A stretch of DNA of 64,000 bases from Octopus sinensis (Eukaryota). Every line of letters begins with the position of its first letter. The stretch's first letter is position 1. The translations under genes were made by a program, and so were the position numbers. Of the stretch, positions 10,801 to 25,446 are shown piece after piece. Below the pieces are notes generated by a model. That model saw nothing but the letters and a program-made list of their open reading frames with translations. It ran no database searches and had not been told where the DNA came from. The stretch is from the NCBI RefSeq assembly GCF_006345805.1, contig NC_043018.1, forward strand, positions 6,324,001 through 6,388,000, read 5' to 3'.

Positions 10801-13405
10801 TACCCGCATGCATATTTGTATATAAGTTGCTCTCTGATAAGAAAATTCTCTGTTCCAAGGGTGTCAAATCTTGCAAGAAACTCTGTATTAAGGACTTTGT
10901 GCTACCACTTGATGATACAAAGTGAATGAAGATAACAAAGATGGAATGAATCTAGCCATTTGATATGGCACCTGTAGAGTATCTATGTTTTGCAACCATA
11001 TAAAGGAGAGACAAACCCTATAGCCTGACACACATTGATCTCTGTGGCCTGGCAGATATCATGATCTCTCCATAGTTTGTACCAGAGTCTATTTGAAACT
11101 GAGCTTGCCTTAAGCAATCACTGAGTGAATTCTTTGTCCAGTTAAGCATTGTTTGACAGGATGGTTTCCAGGCAAAGATGGCCTGGGGTTATACAACAGC
11201 ATCAGTAGTAACAACAGCAACATAACAACAACTGCAGGCTTCAAACGAATAAATCTCAATAAACGTCTGTTAGTTTTATCAGATAAAATTGGAAAGGCAT
11301 TTGTACTATCTTCCATTATCTTCGCAGAGATCATTTGTTATCTCCATTGCTATAGTCATTATGATAATAATTATCACCATCTTAATCATCACCCTCCTCA
11401 TCATCATCATCATCATCATCACCATCAGTATCATCATTATCATAAACAACATTTGTTTTGATACGCAGTGAAGTCTCTCTATATGTGTGTGTATTATACA
11501 TACATGCATACATACAAATATTTTCCATTAGTGAGACTTAGGCTTTTAAAATCAGCATGAGAGTGTATGTGTATGTGTGCCTCTGTGTGTGTGTGTGTGG
11601 TGTGTATGTGTAGGTCAAGAGTGGTTATATATGGTGAAATCTATATCTGTACATGTGATTGTGTTTGTAAATGTATGTATGTGTTTATGCATACTGTTTT
11701 TGTGTCAAGTCATAATAAAAAACAATTTAACAATAAAATGATGAATACTCATTAATTTTTGTAAAGTACTTTTACATTTCCTAAACTCTAAAAGCGAAAT
11801 CTTTTGTTGCTGTCCTTATGAAAAGAGATTTGTTTTGGCAACACGGTTGCCCTCTTTTTCAGTCTAGAGTACAACAAACATATAGACACGTACAGCCAAT
11901 ACCCTTAGACCACAACTGACGTCATTCTAGTTGGAAACAACTTTTATTTTCTCTGCAGAAAATGTTATACCTTTTCATTTTAATTCTTATTTTTTTTATC
12001 ATCACCAAAAGCAAACCAGGACAATATGTACCCCCGGCATAAAAGAGGCTTTGTGCATTTGGCCAGCATGTCTGAAGAGTTGTCAATATTGCGGTGGCAG
12101 TGGCAGTGGCGGTGGTGGTGATGATGACATTTTGATGATTAATATATATATATATATATATATATATACTCTTTTACTCTTTTACTTGTTTCAGTCATTT
12201 GACTGCGGCCATTTTGGAGCACCGCCTTTAATCGAGCAACTCGACCCCGGGACTTATTCTTTTGCCGAACCGCTAAGTAATGGGGACATAAACACAGACC
12301 AGCATCGGTTGTCAAGCAATGCTAGGGGGACAAACACAGACACACAAACACACACACGCATATATATATATGCATATATACAGCGGGCTTCTTTCAGTTT
12401 CTGTCTATCAAATCCACTCACAAAGCTTTGGTCGGCCGAGGCTATAGTAGAAGACACTTGCCCAAGGTACCACGCAATGGGACTGAACCCGGAACCATGT
12501 GGTTGGTAAACAAGCTACTTACCACACAGCCACTCCTGCGCCTACATATATATATGTAAATGTAAGATCCAAGGATCCAAGTGTAGGAAGTTAGTAAGCT
12601 TTGAGCAGTCCGTAGAAGGTATAAAAAATAATGTTCAGGAACGATAGCAGTTATTGACGTAGAAGGCTGTAAATTTTTCCCTTATCAAAGTTCAATAGGC
12701 TGAAAAAGGTTATTCTATAGTTCACAGTTAGCAGCTGGGGTTGCTCTGTGTGTGTGAATAAAAATCTAAATTTAGGGGATGGAGTAGGTATATTAGCAAT
12801 AACTATGATGCTATAGAATATGGAGACTTGTTCATCCTCAAAATTTATTTCCTCTTATTTTACAGTTTTATACAACATGTTTTTAGGGTCTTCAGAAAGA
12901 CCATAATAATATGCTCTATAAATATTGTTAATTATATGGCACGTAAAACGCACCATCTGTACGTGTTCGATGCCAGTGTCGCCTTGACTGGCTTCTGTGC
13001 TGGTGGCACGTAAAAAGCACCAACCGATCGTGACCGTCGCCAGCCTCCCCTGGCACCTGTGCCAGTGGCACGTAAAAAGCACAGAGTGGTTGGTGTTAGG
13101 AAGGGCATCCAGCTGTAGAAACACTGCCAGATCAGACTGGAGTCGGGTGCAGCCTTCTGGCTTCCCAGACCCAGGTCGAACCGTCCAACCCATGCTAGTA
13201 TGGAAAACAGATGTTAAACGATGATGATGTTATTAGGGTCTTCAGAAAGACCCTAATAATATGCTCTATAAATACTGTTAAATATATGGAAATAAAATTT
13301 GAGGTTGAACAAGTCTCCGTATTCTATATCGTCATAATTAGTGCTAAAATATACCCCAGACAATATTACCGTCCAGTGAAGCGAACATGGAATTACACAT
13401 CATAA

Positions 13406-13624
13406 CAGTGCTTTTCAAACTTTTTGCTGGAGCGGAACCCCAACGAAACATTCCACTGGCTCGAGGAACCCCAGTGCAATAATTTAATAGTCTTATGCAC
13501 ACATATCTGCACAGGAGAATTAAAAATTACTGCCGATTTTAGCAGTTTTGTAACTTCTTGCAGAACCCCTCAACTGTACTGGTGGAACCCTAAGGTTCCG
13601 CGGAACCCTGGTTGAAAACCACTG
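13406..13624. mobile_element. hAT-type MITE (219 bp)
   Basis: TIRs cagtgcttttcaa / ttgaaaaccactg with a perfect 8-bp TSD catcataa (13398-13405, 13625-13632). Confidence 0.9.
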
Positions 13625-14119
13625 CATCATAAGAATATACAGATAAAATAGAAAAAAATAATTCACTCATACATTTCATTACTGGCTTGGTTTCTATGGC
13701 TTGATGTCCTACCAGCACCAACAACTTTACAGGATACTCGCAGCATTTATCATAGCACCAACACCATAGAGGTTGTAATGTTCTCAAGAAGACTAAAAAT
13801 TCTCTTAACCCCAATATTTTACTGAGTGTATTGGGAGTATTTAACTGTGATGCTTGAACTAGAGGTTACCATATCTTCAATAAAACTTCTTGACCATTCC
13901 CTTTCCCTGCTCACTAACCAATCATTTGACAGAATCATCATCATCATCATCATCATCGTTTAACGTCTGCTTTCCATGCTAGCATGGGTTAGACGATTTT
14001 GACTGAGGGCTGGTGAACCAGATGGCTGCACCAGGCTCCAATCTTGATCTGGCAGAGTTTCTACAACTGAATGCCCTTCCTAATGCCAACCACTCTGAGA
14101 GTGTAGTGGGTGCTTTTTA

Positions 14120-14840
14120 GTGCTCAGGTGCACCACAACTTGTCAAAAGTGTGTATAAAGCATATGCAGTAATGTACAAATGTCTGGAAAGCGAACAGTG
14201 TATGAGTCAGATACATGCTTGCGTGTGTATGGAGGGGAGAAAATCAGTTGTAGTGTTGGCAAATCTCAGGAAGCATGGAAGTTTTGAAGGATGCAGTGCT
14301 CCGACAACTAACAACTGATGCTGGCAGTTTGTTCCATGCTTCAGCAACTCTTAGTGTGAAAAAATATTTCCAAAAGTCATGGGAGCTGTGCTGTTTTCTG
14401 ACTTTGTAAACATGTTCACGGGTGTTAGACAGGTGGAGTTTGAAAAGGTGCTCAGAGTTATTGTTAGTAAGATGGTTAATCATTTTATTGGTGTCTGCCA
14501 AGTCAGTTGCCAGATGTCGGAGTTTCAATGTATGCATGCCCAGGGAGGTAAGGCGTTCAGAATATGGCAAATGCCTGATGGAGGGTATTCTCTTGGTTGC
14601 ACTTTGCTGAACGGTTTCCAGATGATTAATATCCTGGGCAAGATAGGGGTTCCAAACCAGCGATGCAAATTCCAGATGAGGCTGCACCATAGCTATATAC
14701 AGCTTCAGATAGATAGCCGGAAAGCAGCTCACAAAGGACTTGGTAAGTAATGCCAAGACACCCTCAGCCTTCTTGGCAATTTTAGCAATGTGTTTTGTCC
14801 AATGCAAATCGCTGGCTGGATTTATAGTGTCACTGACAAT
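14120..14840 (-). mobile_element. CR1/L2-clade LINE 3' end (ORF2 C-terminus plus 3' UTR)
   Basis: ORF 14244-14918 has HLEFASLVWNPY, LPYSERL and FFTLRVAEAWNKLP, the conserved CR1-type C-terminal block. Confidence 0.9.
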
Positions 14841-15578
14841 GATAATCCTTTCTACTATAGGCATATGTCTTAAATATTGGGGAGGGGACCAGTCGATTAG
14901 ATCGACCTCAGAATGCAAGTGGGGCTTAATTTATCGACCAAGAAAGGATGAAAACCAAAAGTCAACCTCAGTGGAATTTGAACTCAGAACATAGCGCCAC
15001 TGATAACAATATTGATAATGCCTTATAAGCTGTCATTTATTTGTGTCTTAGCAGTGGGGGTTCTATTTGTCCTTTATGAACATTATGTCCCATGATTTTG
15101 GGGTGTTAAAATTCATCGAAAAAAGGACCTTACTGAGTCAAATAAAGTGAGGGTCAGCATGATGAAGGGCATCTTGCCTCAGAATACTGTTGACTCAACA
15201 ATTTTCACTGAACCCTTTCTAGCCTGGGAAGCAACATAAAACCAAAGGTGGTGACGATGACACTGTTGAGAATGATGATGATGATGTTGATGATCACTAT
15301 GACAATGATGGTAATGACAATGGTAGCGGTGAGAGTGGCGATGATGATGAGGATGATGATGAAGATGAAGATGATCTTTACAATCCGCCTTTCTTACACC
15401 ACTTGGCAATACTCACTATAGAAATATATATGTCTAATTAATCTTCTCTCTACCTCTCCCCCCTGTCTCCCCCCTCACTCTCTTTTTGTTTCTGTCTATC
15501 GTTTTTTTTTCCCTCTTTCATTCTCATTCTCAGAATATGACATGTCTCTTTGTTGTATATGTGTAGTATGCATGTGGT

Positions 15579-15611
<33 letters not shown>

Positions 15612-15733
15612 CCCGTGCGTGGGTTTGTGTGGATGTGCGCGCGTGCATGTGTGCGAGCATATAGGTATAAATATAAGTATATATATACATTTATACACAC
15701 TGTCATGCACACACATATATATGTATATATATA

Positions 15734-15815
<82 letters not shown>

Positions 15816-16187
15816 TATATATATATATATATATAATATGTATTTGTATATATGTGTGTATATAAATATGTATGTATATTCTATATATATATCTATATAT
15901 ATATGTATGTATATATATAATATAATGTGTGTGTGTATATATATATATATTATATATGTTTTTATATATATATATTATACATAATATATATATAAAATAT
16001 ATATTTATACATTTATGTATAATATACATATTTGTGTGTGAGTATGTATATGTATCCACATGCTTATATACACATCACTACACACACGCATGCATGGAAA
16101 CGCACACTCTCACATACATACACAAATATGTATGCATATATACATACATACATATATATGTATGTATATGTATATATGTGTGTGTGT

Positions 16188-16259
<72 letters not shown>

Positions 16260-16879
16260 CATACATACACATATGTATGCATGCACACATTGATGTATTT
16301 ATGTGTACATATGTGTGTGAGTGTGAGTGTCTGTGTGTGTGTGTGCATTTAATTTGCCAGCTACAGAGAGAGAAGAAACAGAAAAATGCTGCATAATGGA
16401 TAATAAGCCTAAAGCCGACTGCAAAGACTAAATCCTCGGCAGCAACTAACTTGTATAAAACAAAATATTCATCGCTGCAGAGTTGGAGCGATTGCAGCTG
16501 CTGTACCCGGTTTGGTGCAGTGACTGCATGCATAGACATAGATAACGGTGGTGGTGGTGGAAGTGAGGTGGGGGTAGAAGTGTGCTACAGTCTGGGCCAA
16601 CAGAGAACCTGGACATTCTGGAGTTGAATCAATGCGGCTTGGCAGTGTTGTGGTGGTGGTGGTGGTGGTGGTGGTGGTAAGTGTTACGGAGGTGGGGTTG
16701 TTGATCTCCAGTCGAGAGCTGATAAAAAAGTACCGTCCCGCAGCAGTGCAAGCTGTAACCGAGTAGCGATAACGATGGTAGCGATGATGGTGATGATGAT
16801 GATGGTAATGATTATGATGATGATGATGGTGGTGATGGTGACAGCAGCAGCGGTGTTGCTACTGCTGCTGCTGCTCTTG

Positions 16880-16979
16880 NNNNNNNNNNNNNNNNNNNNN
16901 NNNNNNNNNNNNNNNNNNNNNNNNNNNNNNNNNNNNNNNNNNNNNNNNNNNNNNNNNNNNNNNNNNNNNNNNNNNNNNN
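16880..16979. other. Assembly gap (100 N)
   Basis: Run of N; true length unknown. Confidence 1.
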
Positions 16980-17868
16980 AGGTTACCACCATCAACCAAC
17001 CCCATGAGCATGACCACCAGTGCTTGTTATGTGCATGTATAGTCATACATATGCATGCATGAGTATGCCTGTGCACGCATACTAATATGTATGTGTACAT
17101 GCATGCTTACATATGTACATATAAATGAATATGCATATATGTGTGTGTATATGTGTATGTATGTGCGTATGCACATGTATGTGTGTGTGCACTTGTGCAT
17201 GTTCATTCATGTGTGTGTGGGGGCATGCATGTGCATGCTCGCATCAATACAGACATGCATGCAAAACCATATGAGCATGTGCAGACCCCCCACATACACA
17301 ACTATATACTTGCACACACCGGCCCTTCCTACTTCCTCTTCAACAACCTGACCGATTTCCTGTGAAGCACGCGGTCGATTTCCTGTCCACCACACGGTCA
17401 ATTTCCTGTTCACCTTATACCAATATACCAACATCAAAGGTGATGAGTTAACAGAATCGTTAGCACGTTTCGTCTGCCTTTACATTCTGAGCTCAAATTC
17501 CGCCAAGGTCGACTTTGCCTTTCATCCTTTCGGGGGTCGATAAATTAAGTACCAGTTATGCACTGGGGTCAATATAATCGATTTAACCCCTTTGTCTGTC
17601 CTTGTTTGTCCCTTCTGTGTTTAGCCCCTTGTGGGTAGTAAAGAAATAGGTATTTCGTCCGCCATTACGTTCAGAGTTCAAATTCTGCCAAGGTCAACTT
17701 TGCCTTTCATCCTTTCAGGGTCAATAAATTAAGTACCAGTTATGCACTGGTAGTAATAATGTAATCGATTTAACCCTTTTGTCTGTCCTTGTCCTTGTTT
17801 GTCCCCTCTATGTTTAGCCCTTTGTGGGCAATAAAGAAATAAGAATCGTTAGTACGCTGGGCAAAATG

Positions 17869-18172
17869 TGGAGGCACATGGCCTAGTGGTTAGAGCAGTG
17901 GACTCACGGTCGAGGGATCGCGGGTTCGAATCTCAGACTGGGCGATGTGTGTGTTTATGAGCGAAAACACCTAAGCTCCACACGGCTCCGGCAGAAGGTA
18001 GTGGTGAACTTCTGCTGACTCTTTCGCCTCAACTTTCTCTCACTCTTTCCTACTGCATCTTGCAGCTCACCTGCGATGGGCCGGCATCTCATCCAGGTGG
18101 GGAACCTATATGCCAAGAAACCGGGAAACTGGCCCTTATGAGCTAGGGATGACTCGAGAAGGAACAAACAAA
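17869..18172 (+). mobile_element. SINE family B: tRNA-like head, V-domain-like core (representative copy with 15-bp TSD)
   Basis: tggcctagtggttagagc...ggttcgaatc; core cctgcgatggg..ggc.tc.catccagg; TSD acgctgggcaaaatg (17854-17868, 18173-18187). Relatives at ~26887-27146, 31787-32085, 37047-37352, 50646-50950 and 60762-61045(-). Confidence 0.85.
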
Positions 18173-18909
18173 ACGCTGGGCAAAATGCTTAATGGCATTT
18201 CATCTGCCTTCATGTTCTGATACATATATACAAGTCTTGGAGTAGATTTGTAGACAGATGAAAAAAAAGGGGCCCATTCGTGTTTGTGTGTAGCATTGTC
18301 TAGACATTATGTGATGGTTGTAAATGAACATCCCCATCATAGAAGCGTGGTTGTTTGTTTCCAATCATGCATGAAAAGCATTTCTAGTTATGGAGAAATA
18401 TTACTTCACTGGGAAATAAGTGAGGGTTGATGACGAGAAGGACATCGAGCCTCAGGAAAATCTACCCCCAATGAATTGCACTTGAAATGTGGTAACTTGG
18501 AAAAGTGGGAGTTAAAAGTGGGCAAGGACAATGATGGTGATGATGATGATAATGATGTTGACGATGATGACAATGACAATAACGATGAAGATGATGACTG
18601 TGATGGTGATGATGATGATGATAACGATGGCAATGACGACGATGATGATAATGACAATAACGATGTAGACGATGACAGTAATGGTGATGATGATAGCAGT
18701 GGTGATGACGATGACAGCGATATGATGATGATGATGATAATGACAATGGTAATGATGATATTGATGATGAAGATATCGATGATGGTGATGACAGTGCTGA
18801 GAGGATGATGATGATGATGATGATGATAATGACAGTGCTGATATGATGATGATGATGATGATAATGATAACGATGATGATGATGGTGATGGTAACGATTC
18901 ATTTGTGTA

Positions 18910-19079
18910 TAAGTCACTCTATTTTATCATTGATTTTAACCAAAAAAAGGAAAACTGGGGCTTGATTTATACCCAGGGCAAAACTGACATCAAGTTTGAC
19001 TATGAAGGGGAAAAAAATTTTGGACCAAAATTTAATATTTTATCAAGGGTGTGCAACTTATACATGAGTAAACATGGTA
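18910..19079. mobile_element. Tc1/pogo-like MITE fragment (related copy ~20100-20285)
   Basis: Shared sequence ending in gcaacttatacatgagtaaacatggta, resembling pogo/Tc2 termini; only one end visible. Confidence 0.5.
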
Positions 19080-20663
19080 ATTATTTAGATTTTTTATTCA
19101 CCAGATGGATTGGTTTGTATCGCTGCCAAAACAATAGCAGAAATGAAAAATCTATAATAATAAACACGAAATTCTGTCTGTCTGTGCGTCTGTCTGAGAC
19201 CCCTGTATCTCAGTCTACATTTGTTCCACATAGACATATTATACCTTTTCGGAATCGGTATGATCCTGGGATTGAGAATTTGCCCTTCATTTGGTTCTTA
19301 AACATTCAGCATTGGGATCAGGTCGGGATGAGGATTTGTTATATGCTAACAGTTGAAAATTCAAATTTTTAAAGAACTCCAAAAATTTGCGAAGTTACAA
19401 GATTTTCATTTAAACTGAATTTAAAGTAGTACCATATTGGTAGGGTACCAATAAATGCTTTATTATTATTGCTCCCTTTAGTTTTGAACCACAGGCCCAA
19501 TTAGCCCTCCACAGGAGCTGACTTAAAAGTCCTCACGGAGTGCAGTGTTTAAGCTAGTTTTGAATAAACATAGCTTTCTCTTCTTCCATAATCTATTCTT
19601 TTACTCTTTTACTAGTTTCAGTCATTTGACTGTGGCCATGCTGGAGCACCGCCTTTAGTTGAGTAAATCGACCCCAGGACTTATTCTTTGTAAGCCTAGT
19701 ACTTATTTTGTCGGTCTCTTTTGCTGAACCGCTGAGTTATGGGGACATAAACACACCAGCATCGGTTGTCAAGCGATGTTGGGGGACAAACACAGACACA
19801 CAAACATACACACACAAACACACACACATATATAACATATATACGATGGGCTTCTTTCAGTTTCCGTCTACCAAATCCACTCACAAAGCTTTGGTCAGCT
19901 CGAGGCTATAGTAGAAGACACTTGCCCAAGGTGCCACACAGTGGGACTGAACCCGGAACCATGCGGTTCGTAAGCAAGCTACTTACCACACAGCCACTCC
20001 TACGCCTATGTTCATACTTTATGGATATAGCAGCTAATGCATCGATTTCATAGAATGACGTTTATGTATCATGAAATCTATTCCAAGGAACTCCTGCATA
20101 GCCACACTTATTTCTCCTTGATTTTAACTGAAAAATCTCAGGTGCAACTTACAGGTGAAGTATCTGGGTGCAAGTTATATGTGAAGCAAGGCTGGCATCA
20201 AGTTGGAATATGAAAGGGAAAAAAATTTTGTACCAAGATTTAATGCTAAATTAGGTGTGTGATTTATGCATGAATAAATATGGTAGTTATTTGGAATTTT
20301 TAATTCACCAAACGGATCTGGCATTTATCACGGATGTAAATGGCATCTTTGAAAGCGTAGTCATGGCTGTTGCTGGTGTCCTGTAAACGGCACCTTGCTG
20401 ATGTTAATTAAATGGCAGCAGAGGAATCGTCATCATGGCCATTGTCAGTGTCCATGTAAGTGGCACAATAGAAGTATTCATTACACTCTTGGGGTGGTTG
20501 GTGTCAGGAAGGGCATCCAGTCGTAGAAACCATGTCTAATTAGCGGTTCAGCAAAAGAGACTGGCTTACCAGTTCCAATCAAACTGTCTTGACCATTAAA
20601 TGATGATGATGGTGGTGGTGGTGGTGGTGGTGGTGGTGGTGGTGGTGATGATGATGGTGATGG

Positions 20664-20694
<31 letters not shown>

Positions 20695-21629
20695 GATGAT
20701 GATGTGATGGTGATGACGATAGTGATGGTGATGATGATGGTGGTGGTGGTGGTGTTGATGGTGATGGATGATGGTAATGATGATGGTGATGATGATGATG
20801 ATGGTGATGATGCAAAGTCAATTGCAGGGACATGAAGTTATGAATAAATGTACATTTCTTCCATAATCTACATCTGTACCTTCTTCCCTCCCCCTCCCTC
20901 AGCCTTTCTCTTCCCCACATCCCTCCCTCCCCCCGTCTCCCTCGCTCTCTTCCTCTCCCCTTCCTCCTCTCCCCTTCCTCTCTCCACTTTCTATAGTAAG
21001 GTCTGGCTTTGAAGAATATTTACCCACTAATTCTAGCAAGTTTAGTGACCACAAAAAAGGCTCTCGCTTTGGTTGTTGTTGTTGGTGGTGGTGGTGGTGG
21101 CGGCGGCGGTAGTGGTGGTGGTGGTGGTGTTAGCGGTGGTGGTGGCGGCGGCGGCGGCGGTGGTGGGTGGTGGTGGTGGTGGTGGTGGTAGTCATAGTAG
21201 CTGTAGCAGTAGCAGCAATAGTGCTAATAGTACCACTACCACCACCACCACCACCATCAACTGGTGTTTTGTACCTAGAAGACAATACTAGACATTCAAG
21301 CAATTTATTAATTATTCAACATGGCAAACTCATTGCTCCATATTTACTTTCCAATTGGCTTCACTAAGTTAACGAAGCAATGTTCAATTTCTTCTGTAAT
21401 TATTTTGAAGTTGAAGTTCCACTCTGTCTTAAATTTGCGTTTCCCTAGTAACCCTTTAGCATTTAAACTGGCCATATCTGGCCCCAAATATTCAACATGT
21501 TTTAGGTTCAAACTCACCAGATCCAACCTCTTGCACCTGCTCTACAATGTCATTCTAAAAATAAATAATCACACTAATGAAATCTGAAGATAAAGGTAAA
21601 AAGTAAAGACCCCCCCCCCGTCTAGAATG

Positions 21630-21705
21630 TTCCCCTCCAATATAACAGAAAAGTCTAATTCTTCAATTGCATGTAACATGGGCAACGCCGGGTATCTCTG
21701 CTAAT
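21630..21705 (+). mobile_element. Helitron 3' end fragment, same family as 27845
   Basis: aatataacagaaaagtctaattcttcaattgcatgtaacatgggcaacgccgggtatctctgctaat matches the reverse complement of 27844-27910. Confidence 0.7.
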
Positions 21706-21759
21706 TATTTATAAATATTTGTGTACATGTGTATCTCTTGTGTGCTACACCTGGTTCTT

Positions 21760-22275
21760 ATTGCACCTAACTTTTATGTCATACATGCACACCGATGGTG
21801 CACGTCCATTGGAGCATACTAGCTCCATTCCTCTCCATTCTTCACATGTCCTCTGCTTTCAGGGCCTATGTCTCACTACCATAGAACTACCATAGCTGAT
21901 TTACACAGGCATCATGCAATCTGCCTTTCACCCTGAGAGGGAAGCATTTTGTTGCCAATAGAGGTAATAGCTCTCTGATCTTTCTCCATTCCATTCTTAT
22001 TCTAGCAACTATTCTTTCAGAACATCCTCCTCCACTGCTAATTAGGTCCCTAGGTAACAGAAACTACCTCAAGCTCTAGAGAGCCTCCTGGGTTTTGAGA
22101 AAATCTATTTCATATGTGTCCTTGGGGTTTATTGTTTCTGCACATCTGCCACATACAAAGACTACATTCTCTGCTAATCTGCCTGTGATTCTATTGCACC
22201 TCTTATGCATCCATAACTTGCACTGAAAGCATCAAATGTGATTCCTTCTAATGCCTTTCCTACATTCTCAGTATG
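21760..22275 (-). mobile_element. Decayed RTE LINE fragment (post-RT region)
   Basis: Minus strand remnants FCYLGDLISSGGGCSE, RELLPLLATKCFPLRVKGR and YGSET. Confidence 0.75.
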
Positions 22276-22959
22276 TATATAAAACATCATTTAATGTTTG
22301 GTGCTGCATTAAAAGCACCCAGCACACTCTGTAAAGGATTTGGCATTAGGAAGGGCATCCAGCCATAGAAGTGAAGCCAAGTGTTGGTTGGTTTTACAGG
22401 ATCCAATGTGTTCAAGGACTGCATTATACTCCAGTGTTTGTTTTGGCATGGTTTCCATGGCTGGGTGCCAACCACTTTACAGCATCGACCGGGTGCTGAT
22501 TTTTCATGCCACCTGTACTATTGAGGTTGCCATGCAGCTCACAGATCAGCAAACCCTAGGGTTGGGGTGGGGAACAGCTTTGTGCTAGGGGCATGAGAGG
22601 ATTGAAGTGTGAGAAGGGGAGGTAGCAGTGCAGGTTCTTGTAGGGGTTCTGCATGGCTACACACATCTAGCAGGAGAAGGAGGGAGAGGAAGAGTAAAAT
22701 GTGGAGTAGGAGATGCAAGAGATAGATAATGGCAATAAGGTGCTTAGATAGAATGGGGGAGATAAAAGGATGTGGAAGAGAGTGTGTGTGGTGGGAACAA
22801 GCAGTAGGGGTAGTAAAGATAATACAATGGACGATGTGGTTGGGTAGTCGGCAGGAGCTTGGGTGGGATGGAGAGAAGAGGCAGGCTGCATTCATGGGAG
22901 TTGGGGAGAGTCAGTGTAATCTGGGTGGAGAGCATTTGTCTCTTCCCACCCTGATCTTG

Positions 22960-23440
22960 CACGTGGTTAGGGTATCGAACTCGTGATTGTAAGATTGTGG
23001 TTTCAATTCCTGGACTGGGCGACGTGTTGTGTTCTTGAGCAAAACACTTCATTTTACATTGCTCCAGTCCACTCAGCTGGCAAAAATGAGTAAACTTGTG
23101 ATGGACTGACATCCCATCCAGGTGGGGAATATATGCCATGAAACCAGGAAATCGGCCCTTGTAGGTCAGCATGACTAAAGAAGGTAACTTTACCTTTTTT
23201 GTGGAGGTGCATGTTTTAGTGGTTAGAGTGTTGGACTCATGATTGTAAGATTGTGGTTTCAATTCCTGGACTGGGCGACGTGTTGTGTTCTTGAGCAGAA
23301 CACTTCATTTTACATTCCTCCAGTCAAACTCAGCTGACAAAATGAGTTATCCTGTAACAGGCTAGTGTCCTATCCAGGTGAAGAATTTAAATACTATAGA
23401 AACAGGGAAACTGGCCCTTATGAGTCGGCGTCACTTGAGA
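22960..23440 (+). mobile_element. Tandem pair of SINE family E (tRNA-like head, cttgagcaa.acact core)
   Basis: Two similar units; relatives at ~51200-51540 and 56698-56940. Confidence 0.75.
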
Positions 23441-23865
23441 AGGTAATTTTACCTACCCTGATCCTGCAGCTTAGTGCTGTACTGTCATCTCTCTTACCAA
23501 TACTCCCCACCCAACCAACAGTATCTTCATCCAGAATTCAGTCTTGCTAATGAAGGCAGATCTTTTTGAGAACCTCATGTCACTAGAGACCATGATACTT
23601 TGTCATCTCCTCTGTCAAGCTCAGGGTCCTAAGGTCAGCTTTCCCCACTTCATTCCATGTCTTTTTGAGTCTCTCTCTTCTGCAAGTTCCAGCCACAAAT
23701 AGCAACTGACATTTTACCATTCAAATGTCCTCATCCATATATGCATCTCATTGAGACATTGAGAGCATGATGCCCTAACCACTGAGCCATGCACTTTCTT
23801 ATATATATATATACATACATACATACATACATACATACATACATACTATATATATATATATATAC

Positions 23866-23900
<35 letters not shown>

Positions 23901-23926
23901 CATACATACATACATTATATATATAT

Positions 23927-24002
<76 letters not shown>

Positions 24003-24651
24003 ATATATCTCTTATGATAAAAGGCAGATTTTCTCTGCCTCTCACATAGTTTGTTTTTAATACAATTGTACAATATAGAATTTCTTCAATTGGAATTTAC
24101 CTATGATTTTTCCAAGTAAATTCGATTGGGTCATGGCATATACATTTTTTTCAATTAAGCAAAAATTCAAGAAAACTCAATATTTTACGATTTGCCTCTC
24201 TCATTTCAAATGCTTTACTCCTGCTATTACCACACTTTCTCCTACTTTCTCTTTGCAAGTTTATACCACTATCATATCCTCTTTCTGCAACTCTTATTCA
24301 ACATCACACATTCTACTACTTTCTCTTATTAATGCTTAAACCAATCCTCAAAAAAAGAAAAAGGAAACAGAGATCTGTCGCTAACTTTTGGTAGTATTCA
24401 TTGGCGAGCATACTTCAGTTGTCAATTGTTGAAAGAAAGAAATTGTAAGCTAAGAAGGTGTGTGTATGTATGTGTGCGTGCTTGTGTGTGTGTGTGTGAG
24501 TGTGTGTGTGTGTGTGTATGAGTGTGTGTATGTGTGTAGGAAGTGAAGGATAAAAATATGGCAAGAAGTGGACAGATGTACATATATACATACATCCATA
24601 CATACATGTGTGTGTGTGTGTGTATGTATGTGTATTAATGAGTGTGTGTTA

Positions 24652-25043
24652 TCTCTCTCTATATAAAGCTGAAGTTGTCTGTGTGCAGCAGGTTTTGTAG
24701 CCTTCAACTAACACTATCTCCTCCGAGACCCTGCAGCGCAAGTTGACCAAAATCGAGAGTATGATAGAAGAAGGGTGGCCCTTCCTTCCATAGAAGATAA
24801 AATTCAAATCGGACCATGTTAACACCATCAATTATTTACATCAAAAAGGTGCTTTTTTTCTATGAAAATCCCTATTTTTTACGATTTTTTCACTGCTGTG
24901 TCGCCACTTTTCGGTGTATTTCAACCAGAAAAATGTTTACTTGAAGAAAATAACAAGCTACATAATGCAAAATTTTTACTTTTCAAAAATTCCAATTCCA
25001 GCGGGTCGAAACAAACCCAAGCAACGCTGGGCGATACTGCTAG
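24652..25043 (+). mobile_element. Non-autonomous Helitron (~390 bp)
   Basis: A|TC start (tctctctctatataaagctgaagttgtctgtg), subterminal hairpin cccaagcaacgctggg, CTAG|T end. Confidence 0.8.
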
Positions 25044-25135
25044 TATATATATATATACATATATTATATATATATATATAATATATATATATATATATGT
25101 ATATCTATATATAATATATGTATATTATATATATA

Positions 25136-25415
25136 TATAGTATATCTATATATATATATATGTATATCTATATATATATATGTATATCTATATATATATA
25201 TATGTATATCTATATATATATATGTATATCTATATATATATGTATATCTATATATATATATGTATATCTATATATATATATGTATATCTATATATATATA
25301 TATGTATATCTATATATATATATATATGTATATCTATATATATATATATGTTATCTATATATATATATATATGTATATCTATATATATATATATATGTAT
25401 ATCTATATATATATG
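25136..25415. repeat. (TA)n-TGTATATC minisatellite, 18-24-bp units
   Basis: About a dozen units between the Helitron and the mariner. Confidence 0.9.

Positions 25416-25445
<30 letters not shown>

Positions 25446-25446
<1 letters not shown>

Noticed and set aside
17869-17945. tRNA-like sequences at SINE heads
   Set aside because: A/B-box-like motifs run straight into SINE bodies with TSDs; no complete cloverleaf, so no tRNA gene is called.
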